DNA of 64,000 nt from Pseudomonadota bacterium (GTDB lineage Bacteria > Myxococcota_A > UBA9160 > PR03): positions 2,646 to 66,645 of the forward strand of contig QEVM01000001.1 of NCBI GenBank assembly GCA_003576805.1, read 5' to 3'. Positions 19,304-29,558 of this stretch are shown in pieces. The notes under the pieces were generated by a model that was given only the letters and a program-made list of their open reading frames with translations, ran no database searches and had not been told where the DNA came from. The position numbers and the translations under genes were made by a program. How positions within the stretch are numbered: position 1 is the stretch's first letter; the number at the start of each line of letters is the position of its first letter.

Positions 19304-19774
19304 ATGACCGAGCACGCGATCCCCGCCGCCGCGTCCGTGACCGACGTCCTCGGTCTCGATCACCGGCGTCTCGACGCCGTTCTCTCCGCCGCCAAGCAGG
19401 CGTTGCACGCCGGCGACGTCGCGCGCGGTGCCGAGCGATTCGCCGCGTTCCGCGCCGGACTCGAGCGCCACATCGCCGTCGAGGAGGAGATCCTCTTCCC
19501 CGCGTTCGAGGCGGCCACGGGCATGGCGCAGGGCGGCCCCACGCACGTGATGCGCCTCGAGCACCGCGAGCTCCGTGCGCTCATGGCGGAGATCGGCTCC
19601 GCGCTGGAAGGCGCGTTGGATGGCCCCCTCACGACGCCGCTGGCGGCGCTGACCGCGCGCATCTACGCGCACAACGGCAAGGAGGAGCGAATCCTCTACC
19701 CGGCGATCGACCAGATCGCGCGCGGCGACGACACCCTGGACGCGCTGCTGGAGAAGGTCACGAGCGCGCTCTGA
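19304..19774 (+). CDS. hemerythrin (HHE cation-binding) domain protein
   Basis: LDHRRLD...LERHIAVEEEILFP...HVMRLEHREL...HNGKEERILYP. Confidence 0.85.
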   Translation: MTEHAIPAAASVTDVLGLDHRRLDAVLSAAKQALHAGDVARGAERFAAFRAGLERHIAVEEEILFPAFEAATGMAQGGPTHVMRLEHRELRALMAEIGSALEGALDGPLTTPLAALTARIYAHNGKEERILYPAIDQIARGDDTLDALLEKVTSAL

Positions 19775-19789
19775 AGCCGCGCGGTCCGC

Positions 19790-20986
19790 TCAGCCGGGCG
19801 TCGCGGGCAGCGACGGCGGCTCCGCCGGCGCCCGCCGCGGCGCGCGCAGGAAGGCCGTGATCTCGTCGCGCCGCGCGTGCACGTCGGCGCGGCCGATCTC
19901 GACGAGCCGCTGGCAGAACGCGGCGTCGAAGAGCAGGTAGGTCGCGAGCTCGGTGGTGGCGTCGTCCGGGCCGAGCCCGCGCATCAGGTAACGGACGATC
20001 GGCGGGATGCGGTGCTCGAGCGCGGCCGCGATCTCGCGGAACGAGCGCGACGGCGAGATCCACAGCACGTCCACCCAGCGGAACGGGTGCTCGGACGCCG
20101 GCGTGGGCGAGGCGAGCACGCTCTGGTTCACGCGCCCGCTGTGCTCGAAGTCCACCTCGATCGCGTCGAGCATGACGGCGTCGAGCAGCGCGCCCGCGAC
20201 CTCGGCGATCGTCGGCGCGGCGCGCCGGCCGGCGCGCGCCTTCTCGGGCGGCAGGCCCGCGCGCCGCACGCCGATCGCGACCACGCGCTCGGCGCCCAGG
20301 TGGATCGCGGGCGACAGCGGCGCGGTGTTGCGGATCGAGCCGTCGCCGAAGTGGCGCCCCTCGATCTCGACGGACGGGAAGAAGATCGGGATCGCGCTCG
20401 ACGCCATCAGGTGCTCCACCCCGATGCGCGTGCGCTCGACGCTCCAGCGCCCGCGCCGCCACAGCGGCGTCGAATCCGTGCAGTCCACGAAGATCACGCC
20501 GTCGCCGGTGTGGAGATTCGTCGCCGGGATCGCGAGCGCGCGCAGCAGCCCGGCATCCAGGTTCTTCTCGATGTCCGCGAACGGCAGCCGGCGCGCGAGC
20601 AGCGCTCGCAGCGGCGCGGTGTCGAGCAGCGCCTTGGGCGCGACGCGCCGCAGCAGCCCGCCGAACGAGAGGTCGCGCACCCAGCGCGCGCCGATCCCGC
20701 CGAGCGAGCGCAGGTCGGTGCGGAACACCTGGCTCGGCTCGATCTCCGACCAGATCGACGCGAGCAGCGCGAGCCCCTGCGCCGGCTCGTCGATCGCCGC
20801 CGCGAGCGCGCCCGCGTTCAGCGAGCCCGCGCTCGAGCCCACGACGATCTCGACCGGGTGCTCGGGCCCGAAGAGGCCGAGCTCGTGCAGCGCTTGCAGG
20901 ACGCCCACCTGATACGCGCCGCGGGCCCCGCCGCCGGAGAGGACGAGCGCGGTGATGGGCTGCGCGGGCGTCGCGCCCAATCGCAT
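19790..20986 (-). CDS. patatin-like phospholipase
   Basis: LVLSGGGARGAYQVG oxyanion motif, GSSAG serine elbow, FGDGS Asp dyad. Confidence 0.9.
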   Translation of the reverse strand: MRLGATPAQPITALVLSGGGARGAYQVGVLQALHELGLFGPEHPVEIVVGSSAGSLNAGALAAAIDEPAQGLALLASIWSEIEPSQVFRTDLRSLGGIGARWVRDLSFGGLLRRVAPKALLDTAPLRALLARRLPFADIEKNLDAGLLRALAIPATNLHTGDGVIFVDCTDSTPLWRRGRWSVERTRIGVEHLMASSAIPIFFPSVEIEGRHFGDGSIRNTAPLSPAIHLGAERVVAIGVRRAGLPPEKARAGRRAAPTIAEVAGALLDAVMLDAIEVDFEHSGRVNQSVLASPTPASEHPFRWVDVLWISPSRSFREIAAALEHRIPPIVRYLMRGLGPDDATTELATYLLFDAAFCQRLVEIGRADVHARRDEITAFLRAPRRAPAEPPSLPATPG

Positions 20987-20989
20987 GCC

Positions 20990-21406
20990 TCAGCGGCTCG
21001 CGCGCGCCGCGCGCTCGCCCGCATCGCCGCGGCGCTCGAGCAGCACGTAGCCGGGCAGGTCGAGCGCGCGGAAGACGGGCCGCAGCGCGGCGGGCAGGCG
21101 GGTCGCGGCGGCGCCGAACGCGACGATCCGCGGACTGCGCAGCGCGACGCGCCGGCCGCTCTGCTCGATCTCGCCGCCGTGCGCGGCGAGCAGGTTGCGC
21201 GCCCAGTCCACGTCGCGGCCGTAGGTCAGCGGGATCACGAAGCCCTTCGCCGTCGCGAACGCCAACACCGGCGTGTGATACGAGCGGCCGCTCGTGCGCC
21301 CGACGTGGTGCACCACCGCGAGCGGCGGCACCCGCCACGCGAAGGTCCGCATCAGCGGATTCGTGAAGACGCGGTTCACGCGGCGCAGGAAGCGGGGGAG
21401 GTGCAT
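20990..21406 (-). CDS. deazaflavin (F420H2)-dependent nitroreductase/quinone reductase family protein (DUF385)
   Basis: NRVFTNPLMRTFAWRVPPLAVVHHVGRTSGRSYHTPV...YGRDVDWARNLLA, typical DUF385 pattern. Confidence 0.8.
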   Translation of the reverse strand: MHLPRFLRRVNRVFTNPLMRTFAWRVPPLAVVHHVGRTSGRSYHTPVLAFATAKGFVIPLTYGRDVDWARNLLAAHGGEIEQSGRRVALRSPRIVAFGAAATRLPAALRPVFRALDLPGYVLLERRGDAGERAARASR

Positions 21407-21415
21407 GCGCGGATT

Positions 21416-22330
21416 CTAATCCAAGGGCGCTGCGCGCCGTCGGCGCGCCGCTTCGGCCGTGCGCGCGCCGCGCACGGCGTGCGGCTCGTAGCGCTGCACC
21501 ACCAGCGACGCGATGCGCCGCGACAGCTCGCGCGGAGCCAGCCGGCTCATCGCCGCGACTGCGCGATTCGGCAGCCCGGGTACGCAGACGATCGCGCCGC
21601 GCCGCAGCGCCGCGAGCGACGCCTGCACCACGGCGTCCGGCTCCATCCAGAGCAGTCCGGGAACGGACCCGACGTCGGCGCCCGCGATCTCGAAGATCTC
21701 GGTGTGGGTGAGGCCCGGGCAGAGCGCCTGCACGCGCACCCCCGTGCCGCGCAGCTCCTCCGCGAGCGCCTCGGTGAAGCTGTTGAGGAACGCCTTCGCG
21801 CTCGCGTACACCGCGAAGTACGGATACGGCTGGAACGCGGCCATCGACGACACGTTGATCACGGCGCCGCGCCGCCGGCGCAGCATGCGCGGCAGCACCG
21901 CCAGCGTGAGGCGCGTGACCGCGACGACGTCGAGGCGGATCTCCGCGTCCACGTGCTCGGGATCGCGCGCCGCGAACGCGCCCAGCGTCCCGGCGCCGGC
22001 CGCGTTCACGAGCAACTCGAGCCGCGCGTCGCCCGCGAGCCGCCGCTCGAGACGCGCCAGCGACGCCGCGTCGGTGAGGTCGGCCTGGACGACGTCGACC
22101 CGGACGCCCGGGTGGGCGCGGCGCAGCCGCTGCGCGAGCGCGCGAAGGCGGTCGACGCGCCGCGCCACGATCGCGAGGTCCCAGCCGTCGCGCGCGAGCG
22201 CCTCCGCGAAGGCGAGCCCGATGCCCGAAGACGCGCCCGTGACGACGGCGCGGCGGGTCGCGGGCGCGCGCGGGTTGGAGCGGGCGCGTGACGAGGTCTT
22301 TCGGGCTGCCGCGGCGCTTCGGGTCGCCAT
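21416..22330 (-). CDS. SDR family oxidoreductase
   Basis: AVVTGASSGIG, NVSS...YASAKAF. Confidence 0.85.
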   Translation of the reverse strand: MATRSAAAARKTSSRARSNPRAPATRRAVVTGASSGIGLAFAEALARDGWDLAIVARRVDRLRALAQRLRRAHPGVRVDVVQADLTDAASLARLERRLAGDARLELLVNAAGAGTLGAFAARDPEHVDAEIRLDVVAVTRLTLAVLPRMLRRRRGAVINVSSMAAFQPYPYFAVYASAKAFLNSFTEALAEELRGTGVRVQALCPGLTHTEIFEIAGADVGSVPGLLWMEPDAVVQASLAALRRGAIVCVPGLPNRAVAAMSRLAPRELSRRIASLVVQRYEPHAVRGARTAEAARRRRAAPLD

Positions 22331-22385
22331 CTCCCACGGCTAGCACGTCGGGCGAGGGACGGCCTCGGCTTTCACGGCGCTCCGG

Positions 22386-23948
22386 TCATTGGATTCCGAA
22401 CCTCCGCATCTTCTTGTAGACACTGAAGTCGTCGCGGAATACGCCTATGCGGACGGAGACGACTTCGAGAACGGGTCGCTTGCCGCTAGGCGGCGGCACC
22501 TTTTGGACGCGGACGCGGATTCGGAAGTCGCGCAGGATCGCGCGCTTCTGGTCGCGCTCGAGGGCGCTCCAGGACGCGAAGACGTCGACGAGTGCGGCCA
22601 GGACTTGATCGTCGATCTCGATGTCCTCGCCTTGCCTCGCTGCGAGCGCCTCGAGGGCTGCGCGCTCGCCGTCGATCGCCTCGGCGCGCTTCTGCGTTTC
22701 GCGGAGGTCTACGAGACCCGCCACGTGAGCATCGATCAAGCGCCGCCGCTGATTCTCGAGCTCGACCATCCGCCGAGCGATCTCCGACGGCGCTTCCGAG
22801 GCTCGTGACTCGGTCTCGCGAAGGCTCTCTGCCACGAGCCGCTCGAGGACCTCCGCCGATCCCAGCCGATGCGCGAGGGCTTCGTCGATTCGGGCGTCGG
22901 CGAAGCGGATCGAGATCGTTCCTGTGGTGCAGCCCTTGGTGGGACAGTTGTACTGCGGCCGCTCCCACGATTGCCGCTGCGCGGAGGTCGTTCGCCAGAC
23001 GCCTCCGCGGTGCCAGAGGTGGCAACCACAAGCGGCGCACTCGAGGACACCGGCGTACGTCCCGTCCATCGTGTCGGGGTCGCGTCGCGGAGGGCGCTTC
23101 GGACCACGGGCGCCGACTAGCTCTTGGGCGCGCACCCAATCCGCGGCCGCGATGAGGGGCGGATCGAGCACGACGTGCTCGTAGGTGTCCTCCGGCCGGC
23201 GCGGCGACGGTCGTCCCTTTTGCCAGCACCGATCGACTCGATAGATCCCCTTGTAGAGCGGCTGGCCGAGAATGCTCCGGACCGCCCAGGACCGATTCGC
23301 CGACGACCCAGAACCGATTCCCGTTCTGCGCGCGATCTCCGCGAAGGGCAGGGTCCCCTCGCATTCGAGCCAGATGCGAAACACTTCACGAACGCGCTCG
23401 GCTTCCGGGAAGACATAGGACCAGCCCGCCTTCCGATCGAAGCGCACGCCGCGGGGCATCCCGACGGTTCCCTCGGCACGCACGCCGCGCTCGCGTCGCT
23501 TGCGCTCGCGTCCTCGCCGCGTGCGCTCGATGATGCGCCGGCGCTCTTGCCCGCTCAGCTCGCCCTGAAGCACCGACATCAGAGCGCCGGCGTCCTCGGC
23601 CGGGTCGTACACACCTCCGGCCGTGAAGAGCTGGGAACCGGTTTCGGCGAACGCATCGAGGATCGCGTAGTCGGAGAAGCGACCGCGCCGAAAGAGCCGA
23701 TCGAAGTCCGCGACTATCACCGCGCGAGCACGACCGGCTCGGAGATCGTTCAGGACGCGGGCGAAGCGCTGGTCGGCGAGCACCGCAGCGCCCGAGACGC
23801 CTTCGAGCTCGACCCACTCGATCACCTCGAGTGCGTGGGCTCGGGCGATCTGTGCGCACACTTCGCGCTGCGCCGGAAGACCTTGTCGCTCCGGGCCCGC
23901 CTGAGCCTCGCTACTCACTCTCAGGAGCGCGATTGCCCTTCTGGTCAT
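22386..23948 (-). CDS. large serine recombinase
   Basis: Resolvase catalytic domain RAIALLRVSSEAQ...ARAVIVADFDRLFRRG, recombinase domain, zinc-ribbon CAACGCH...CPTKGC, coiled-coil C-terminus. Start taken at Met18 (23948). Confidence 0.9.
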   Translation of the reverse strand: MTRRAIALLRVSSEAQAGPERQGLPAQREVCAQIARAHALEVIEWVELEGVSGAAVLADQRFARVLNDLRAGRARAVIVADFDRLFRRGRFSDYAILDAFAETGSQLFTAGGVYDPAEDAGALMSVLQGELSGQERRRIIERTRRGRERKRRERGVRAEGTVGMPRGVRFDRKAGWSYVFPEAERVREVFRIWLECEGTLPFAEIARRTGIGSGSSANRSWAVRSILGQPLYKGIYRVDRCWQKGRPSPRRPEDTYEHVVLDPPLIAAADWVRAQELVGARGPKRPPRRDPDTMDGTYAGVLECAACGCHLWHRGGVWRTTSAQRQSWERPQYNCPTKGCTTGTISIRFADARIDEALAHRLGSAEVLERLVAESLRETESRASEAPSEIARRMVELENQRRRLIDAHVAGLVDLRETQKRAEAIDGERAALEALAARQGEDIEIDDQVLAALVDVFASWSALERDQKRAILRDFRIRVRVQKVPPPSGKRPVLEVVSVRIGVFRDDFSVYKKMRRFGIQ

Positions 23949-24606
23949 CCGTGATCCCGCGCTGATGACGAACGCATCGTACCACTGCCTCGGGGTCACC
24001 GGACTCGAGCGCCCGGCGAAGCTCCTCGTCCCGTTGGCGATGGATGTTCAGCACGGTTCGAACCGCTCGTCGCACCTCGGGCTCGGGTTTCAAATTCACG
24101 CATGACTCCGGCGACAATACGCAGTGGCGTGGTCAGCCGGCGTCAGAGCAAAGTCCATGCCGCACGCTTCTCCAATCTCCCGAGCGGAACGTGCCGCTCG
24201 CCACCAATGTCAGCGTTCTTTGGTCCCCGGTCTCTAGCCAGCAGTGACCAAAGTTCGCGCTTCAGCCCCGTCGCGATGGACGACGACTCACCGCGAAGCT
24301 CCGATGGCTGCCGACCGCTCGTTTTCCTCTTCTCGTGTCGCGACTGTGCTGACCTCGGACGTCGTGCAGGTCTGCAGCGCCCTCGAGACGACCGCGCTCA
24401 CCGAGGCCGCAGGAAAGCCGCTCAATTCCTGCGCCCTTATCGGCGAATCTGCTTCTCTTGGCTGCTCTTGGCTTTCAAAAAATCATTTTAATCCGAGTGC
24501 TTAGCGCGGGTCGTGCCGGTGTAGTGGCCACGCCGTGGGCCTTCAGCCCTCGCCAGGGGAATGCCGGTTGGATCGCGTTTCGAGCCTGGCTCGTCGCCTC
24601 ACCGAG

Positions 24607-26882
24607 ATGAGCGTCCGGCGTCCGTGGCTCACGGTCGTGGTGGGGCTCGGGCTCACTGCGGTGTTGCTCACGCAGGCGGCGCGGCTCACCAGCTAGGTCG
24701 GGTACGCCGCGTACTTCGGCCCCGACGATCCCGCCGTCGAGCGGCTTTCGGATCTCTTCGAAGAGTTCGACAGCGGGCTGCACGTGCTCGTCGTGTTCGG
24801 GTGTCCAGGGAGCAATACGTGCGCGTCGGTCCGCGAGCGTGGTGCGCTCGAGTTCATCGGGCGACTGCAGCGAGATCTCGATCGGCTGCCGAACGTTCGC
24901 AAGACGCGGAGCGTCCTGAATGCGCCGATCCTTGTTGCACCGCTCGAGACGCGGACGATCGCCGAGCGCGACGACGAAGGCGCGTATGCACTGACGTCGG
25001 ACTGGGAGGCGCTCGTCGAGCGATCGCTCTCCGAGCCGTTCCTCGCGAACGTCGTGGTGTCGAAGGACGGGAAGACCGGCGGTGTCATCGTCGAGCTGCA
25101 GTCGCTCGCGAGCCAGCCCGTTCGCGAAGTCGTGCACGCCATCCTCGAACTCGTACCTCGATACGAGGAGGAACTCGGCAGCGAGATCTACGTCGCGGGT
25201 GATCCCGTCTGGACCGTTGTCTCGGACGACGACCTCGACTCGGACTCGCTGAACCTGACGGTCCTGATGTTCGTGCTCATAGCAGCGATCCTGTGGGGCT
25301 TCTTCCGCGACGTCTGGCTCACGATCCTTCCCGTCGTCGCCGTGGGTGGCCTCACGATCGCGATTCACGGCGTGTTGGCGCTCCTCGCGTTTCCCATGAC
25401 GTCGATCCTCGCGGCGCTGCCGCCGTTGCTCGTCGTCATTGCGATCACGGCTTCGATCCATCTCATCACGGCGTTCCTCAGGCACCGCGATCTTTCGCCC
25501 GCCGATGCGCTGGTTCGCGCCGCCGACGAGGTCGGCCCCGGGTGTCTCTGGGCTTCGTTCACGACCGCGGCGGGATTCGCGTCGTTCCTGGTGAGCGATC
25601 TCGCGAGCTTCCGGCAGTTCGGCCTTACCGCTGGCATGGGACTTGGGCTCGCGTTTCTGGGCACCTTCACGCTGCTGCCCGCACTGCTGTGTCTCCGGCC
25701 GCCGCGCATTCACGGCGGCGACGACATCCGACTCGGCGCGGTGCGAGACCTGCTCAACGCGGCGCTCACGGCAGTGAAGACGCGTCCGGCATTCGTGCTC
25801 GCGACGGGCGGCGTCGTACTGGTCGGGCTCGCGTGTGGGATCCCGCGCCTCTACTACGAAGTCGACTTCGGCGACCAGTCGCTCGTTCTGCGCTCCGTCC
25901 GCTTCATGGAGGAGAACTTCCGACGCCCGATGACGACCGAGCTCGTCGTAACCGTTCCGGAAGGCAAGCGGATCTACGACGAAGACACGCTGCGACTGCT
26001 GCGGCGCCTCGAGAGCTACTTCGATCACGAACCGAGCACCGGCTCGCGTGGAGCTTCCTCGACTTCCTCGCCGAGGCATACCGGACCGACCATGGCCAGA
26101 GCCCCGAGTCCTTCGAGGAACTCGTGGCGGCAGCGTCCGCCCAGATGCCGATCGTCGCCTCGCACGAGTTTCTGGAGCGAGTCGGCTTCGGACGCCCCGG
26201 ATGGAACCCGCACCTATCGCGACCGCGCGCGCGTTTCGATCCATCGCAGCTGGCTCAATGGCCAGGAGCAGATCCCGTACGTCGAGCGGCTTCGCGACTT
26301 CGTCGCCGAGGTCAACCGCGACGTGGCAGGGCAGGGCTACAAGGTCGAGTTTGCTGGCGGCCTCGAGCTCGCCGCCCTCGCCGAGCAGCGCATCCGCGAC
26401 ACGCAGTGGGGGAGCTTCGGGGGGCGTTCGGCGTCGTAGCGGTGACGCTCTGGGCACTGCTCTGGTCGTCGCCAGGGCTCGCTGCTTTGGCAACTCTTTG
26501 CAATCTGCTTCCCGTGCTTGCGCTACTTGGAGTGATGGGCTGGCTCGGCATCGCCGTCGACCCGGCGAACACGATGGTCGCGGCCGTGCTGATCGCCATC
26601 AATGACGACGACACCATCCACATGTCGCTCCGGTATCAGCGGGAGCGCCGCTCCGGCAAGAGCCGCCTCGACGCGATAACGACTGCGATCAAGACCGTGG
26701 GCGACGCGGTCGTCGTCACGAGCATCTGCCTCGCCCTCGGCTTTGCGGTCTTGATGTTCTCGAACTGGGGCGGGCTCGTGGCGTTCGGGCTCCTCGCGAG
26801 CCTAGGCATCGTCATGGCGCTTCTCGCCGTTCTGCTCCTCCTGCCGGCCGCGCTGCTCCAGCGCGAAGGAACGAGGGTGTAG
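24607..26882 (+). pseudogene. MMPL/RND-superfamily transporter, disrupted (in-frame TAG plus at least 3 frameshifts)
   Basis: MSVRRPWLTVVVGLGLTAVLL..LTS*VGYAAYFGPDDP has TAG at 24694-24696. The MMPL sequence then continues by switching between the 24784 and 25293 frames near 26045-26055, 26190-26200 and the G6 run at 26419-26424. Confidence 0.75.
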
Positions 26883-26884
26883 CC

Positions 26885-29558
26885 GTGATGAGTTGGGCAA
26901 AGGCGAGACCCTGGCTCGTCGCGGCCGTGGTGGCCTTGCCCTGGATCGTCGTCTGGCCTTCCGCCGACGCATTGCTCGATCCCGTTCGCGGCGTCGACGC
27001 TCCCATCGACAGCTCGCTCCGCGTCCCATTCGGCGCCGCCTTCCTCGCGACCGCGAACGCAGACTTTTAGACACACGATCGCGTTCTCGACGCAACACTG
27101 GTTGATGGCGATCAGGTCCTCGTGCCGAGCAGCCGGAAGGCACTCTGGGACGCACTGGACGAGTCCCCTGCGGAGTCCATGCACTTCCACGTGGCGCGAG
27201 GTCGAACGACGGCAACCGCTCACGCGAGCCGCGCTCCTCTCTCCGGATGGCAGATCATCAGCCGGAACTGGCCTCTCACCTTCCTCGGCGGCTCGTTCCT
27301 GCTCTTCGGCTTGACCATCGCGCTCGGAAGTCGGCACCCCGTCGCCTCATCTCTGTTCGGCGTGACGTGGTGCATCGGCGCGAACCTGCTCGCTCAGCTC
27401 GATCTCGTCCTTCCCGAGGATCCGGGCGTCCACGGCGTTGCTTCGCTGCGCGCGCGGCTCGGCGTGGTGTCGCTGACGCTCCTTCCGGCCGCGGTGATCC
27501 ACCTCGCCATGCGCTTCCCGGTCGTAGCGCCGCGCCTGCGGTCCTCGGCGGTCGCGGCTATGCCGTACGTCTTCTGGCTCTTTCCGGCCGGCTTCGCGCA
27601 GCGGCATCTCGGCGACGCGACGTTCCTGAACACACTCGAAAAGGTCACCGTCGGCGCGACCTTCGTCGCGGCCGGCATCCTGGCGATCGGAAGCCTCACC
27701 TCGATCCGGAACATGACGCCCATCGAGCGCGCGCGAACGCGGGCGCTGCTCTTCGGTCTCGGGCTCGGTAGCGCCGTGCCTCGTGTGCTTCGTGTCGGGC
27801 GACAAGCCGCCGGCCGAACTGCGGACGCCACTCGTGCTCTCGCTGCTCGCGTTCCCGGCTGCGATCTCGTGGGCGGTGGTGCGCTACCGCCTCCTCGATC
27901 CGCCCGCCTGGGCGCGGAGCGCGTTCCTGACGGGGCTCACGGCACTCGTCGCGCTCCTCGGTGCGAGTGGGCTGGTCGCGCTCGCGTCGTCGCTGATCGG
28001 CGAGCCTGCGGCAGCGCTCTCGGCAGAGGTGGTTCCGGTCGCGTTGACCACCGCGATCCTCTATCAGCTGCTGCACCTCGGGCTTCGGCGCAGCGCCGGG
28101 AGCCGCGTGCTTCGCGAGCGGGCGTTCGAGCACTTCCTCGAAGCGGCGAGTCGAGAGATGGCGGCAGCGCGCGATCCGAACGAGGTGCTCGACCGCATCG
28201 ACTCGTTGGTTCGCGCCCATCTCGGCGCGAGTTCGGTCCAATGCGTGACCGATCTCGCTGGCGCGCTCGATGGCACGCCACTCGTCCGTCGCGGGCTCGA
28301 CCTCTGGCTGGGCGAAGGTGCACCCGTCGATCGCATGGTGCGGTCGAGCACCCGCGCCGAGGATCCCGGCCCCGAGCTGCCCGAGATCGTCCTGCCGTTG
28401 ACGCCGCCAGATATGCCCAACGCGCTGGTCGTCCTCAGCTCGCGCAGCGACGGACTCCCCTACGACGACGAGCACGAGCGCATGCTCGCGAGCCTCCGCC
28501 ACATCGCGACCAACGCGCTGCAGGCCTCGGCGACGACCGCACACCTCGAAGCCCGGGTCGAGGAGAAGACGAGTTCGCTCGAGCGCGCGCTCGCCGACCG
28601 GCAGGCGGTGCTCCACTCCGCGCGCGCCATCTGCGAGGCTGGCGACGTCGGCGCGGTCCGCGAGACGATTCGTGAGTTCGCGGTCCTGCGTGGCCTCTCG
28701 GATGGCAACGACGCGCTCGCGCCTTCGCGGCACGAAGAGCTGCTGCCTCAGCTCGCGACACTGTCGGCCTTCGCCGACCTTGCGATTGGCCGCCTCGAAC
28801 TCCTCGCCGAGCTGAAGCGCGAAGTCGAGCAACAAGCACAGGAGATCGCCGAGATCAGCCCGCGCCGGCTCCATGCGGAGTTCGTCCGCGGCGCCGCGCA
28901 CGAGCTTCGAAAGCCCACCGAGACGGTGCGCAGCCGCGTCGAGCAGCTCGCCGCCTCGCTTCCGCCGGAACTCTCTCCGACAGTCGAGCGCATCCGCGCC
29001 GCGAGCCGGGAGATGTCGCGGCGGCTGGATCTCCTGCTCTTCCACTCCGGGCTCCGGCTCGACCTCCAGCGCATCGACCTGATCCGTATCGTCGACGACG
29101 CCGTCGCGGCGACGCGCGCGAGTGGCGCGGTCCGCGACGTTCGCGTCCACCACGAGCTGCCGCGCCTGCGGATGCTCGCGGACCCGAGCCGACTTCTCTC
29201 CGTCGTCGAGAACCTGCTCGACAACGCGGTCAAGGCGACAGAGCCGGGCCAGCGGATCTCGGTTCGCACCTCGCTCGAGCGCAATCGCAGCCACCGCGGC
29301 AACTGGGTCCGACTCGACGTGCTCGACGAAGGGCGCGGGATCTCGCCCGAGCAGCTCGATCAGATCTTCGAGCCGGGCGTCGCCTTCGAGGCGAGCGGGT
29401 TCGGGCTCGGCCTCTCCCTGTGTCGCGAGATCGTGCGCATGCACGGCGGCTCGATCGCGGTGGAGTCGCAGCGCGGATGTACGGTGTTTCGCATTCGGCT
29501 TCCGCAGTTCCGTTCGGGGGAAGGCGATGACGGCAATGGCCGCGATTCTGCTGGTTGA
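26885..29558 (+). pseudogene. membrane sensor histidine kinase, disrupted (in-frame TAG plus one frameshift)
   Basis: The 61-aa ORF (signal/TM, ...TANADF) and the ORF at 27122 share a frame, separated only by TAG at 27068-27070. The frame switches near 27770-27790 (..LFGLGLGSAVP / CFVSGDKPPAEL..). Downstream H-box AAHELRKPTE and HATPase [18 protein letters not shown] are intact. Confidence 0.7.

Noticed and set aside
23911-24117. 68-aa TTG-initiated ORF upstream of and overlapping the recombinase (possible directionality factor)
   Set aside because: It has a weak start and overlaps the recombinase N-terminus out of frame. It has no HTH or other motif that I can recognise. Left unannotated.
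24500-24606. Sigma-54 promoter upstream of the island MMPL-kinase-regulator module
   Set aside because: The TGGC-containing strings there (TGGCCACGCCGTGGGC, TGGCTCGTCGCCTCAC) lack a correctly spaced -12 GC element.
24694-27070. Two in-frame TAG codons as evidence of amber read-through or stop-codon reassignment
   Set aside because: TAG is used as a normal terminator in the same island and window (MMPL pseudogene end at 26880-26882, RND pump at 36461-36463, exbB at 63802-63804). The same genes also carry frameshifts, so pseudogenisation is the simpler reading.
26885-27070. 61-aa ORF as an independent small secreted protein
   Set aside because: It is in the same frame as the kinase ORF starting at 27122 and is separated from it only by one TAG. 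It reads as the kinase's own signal/TM N-terminus.
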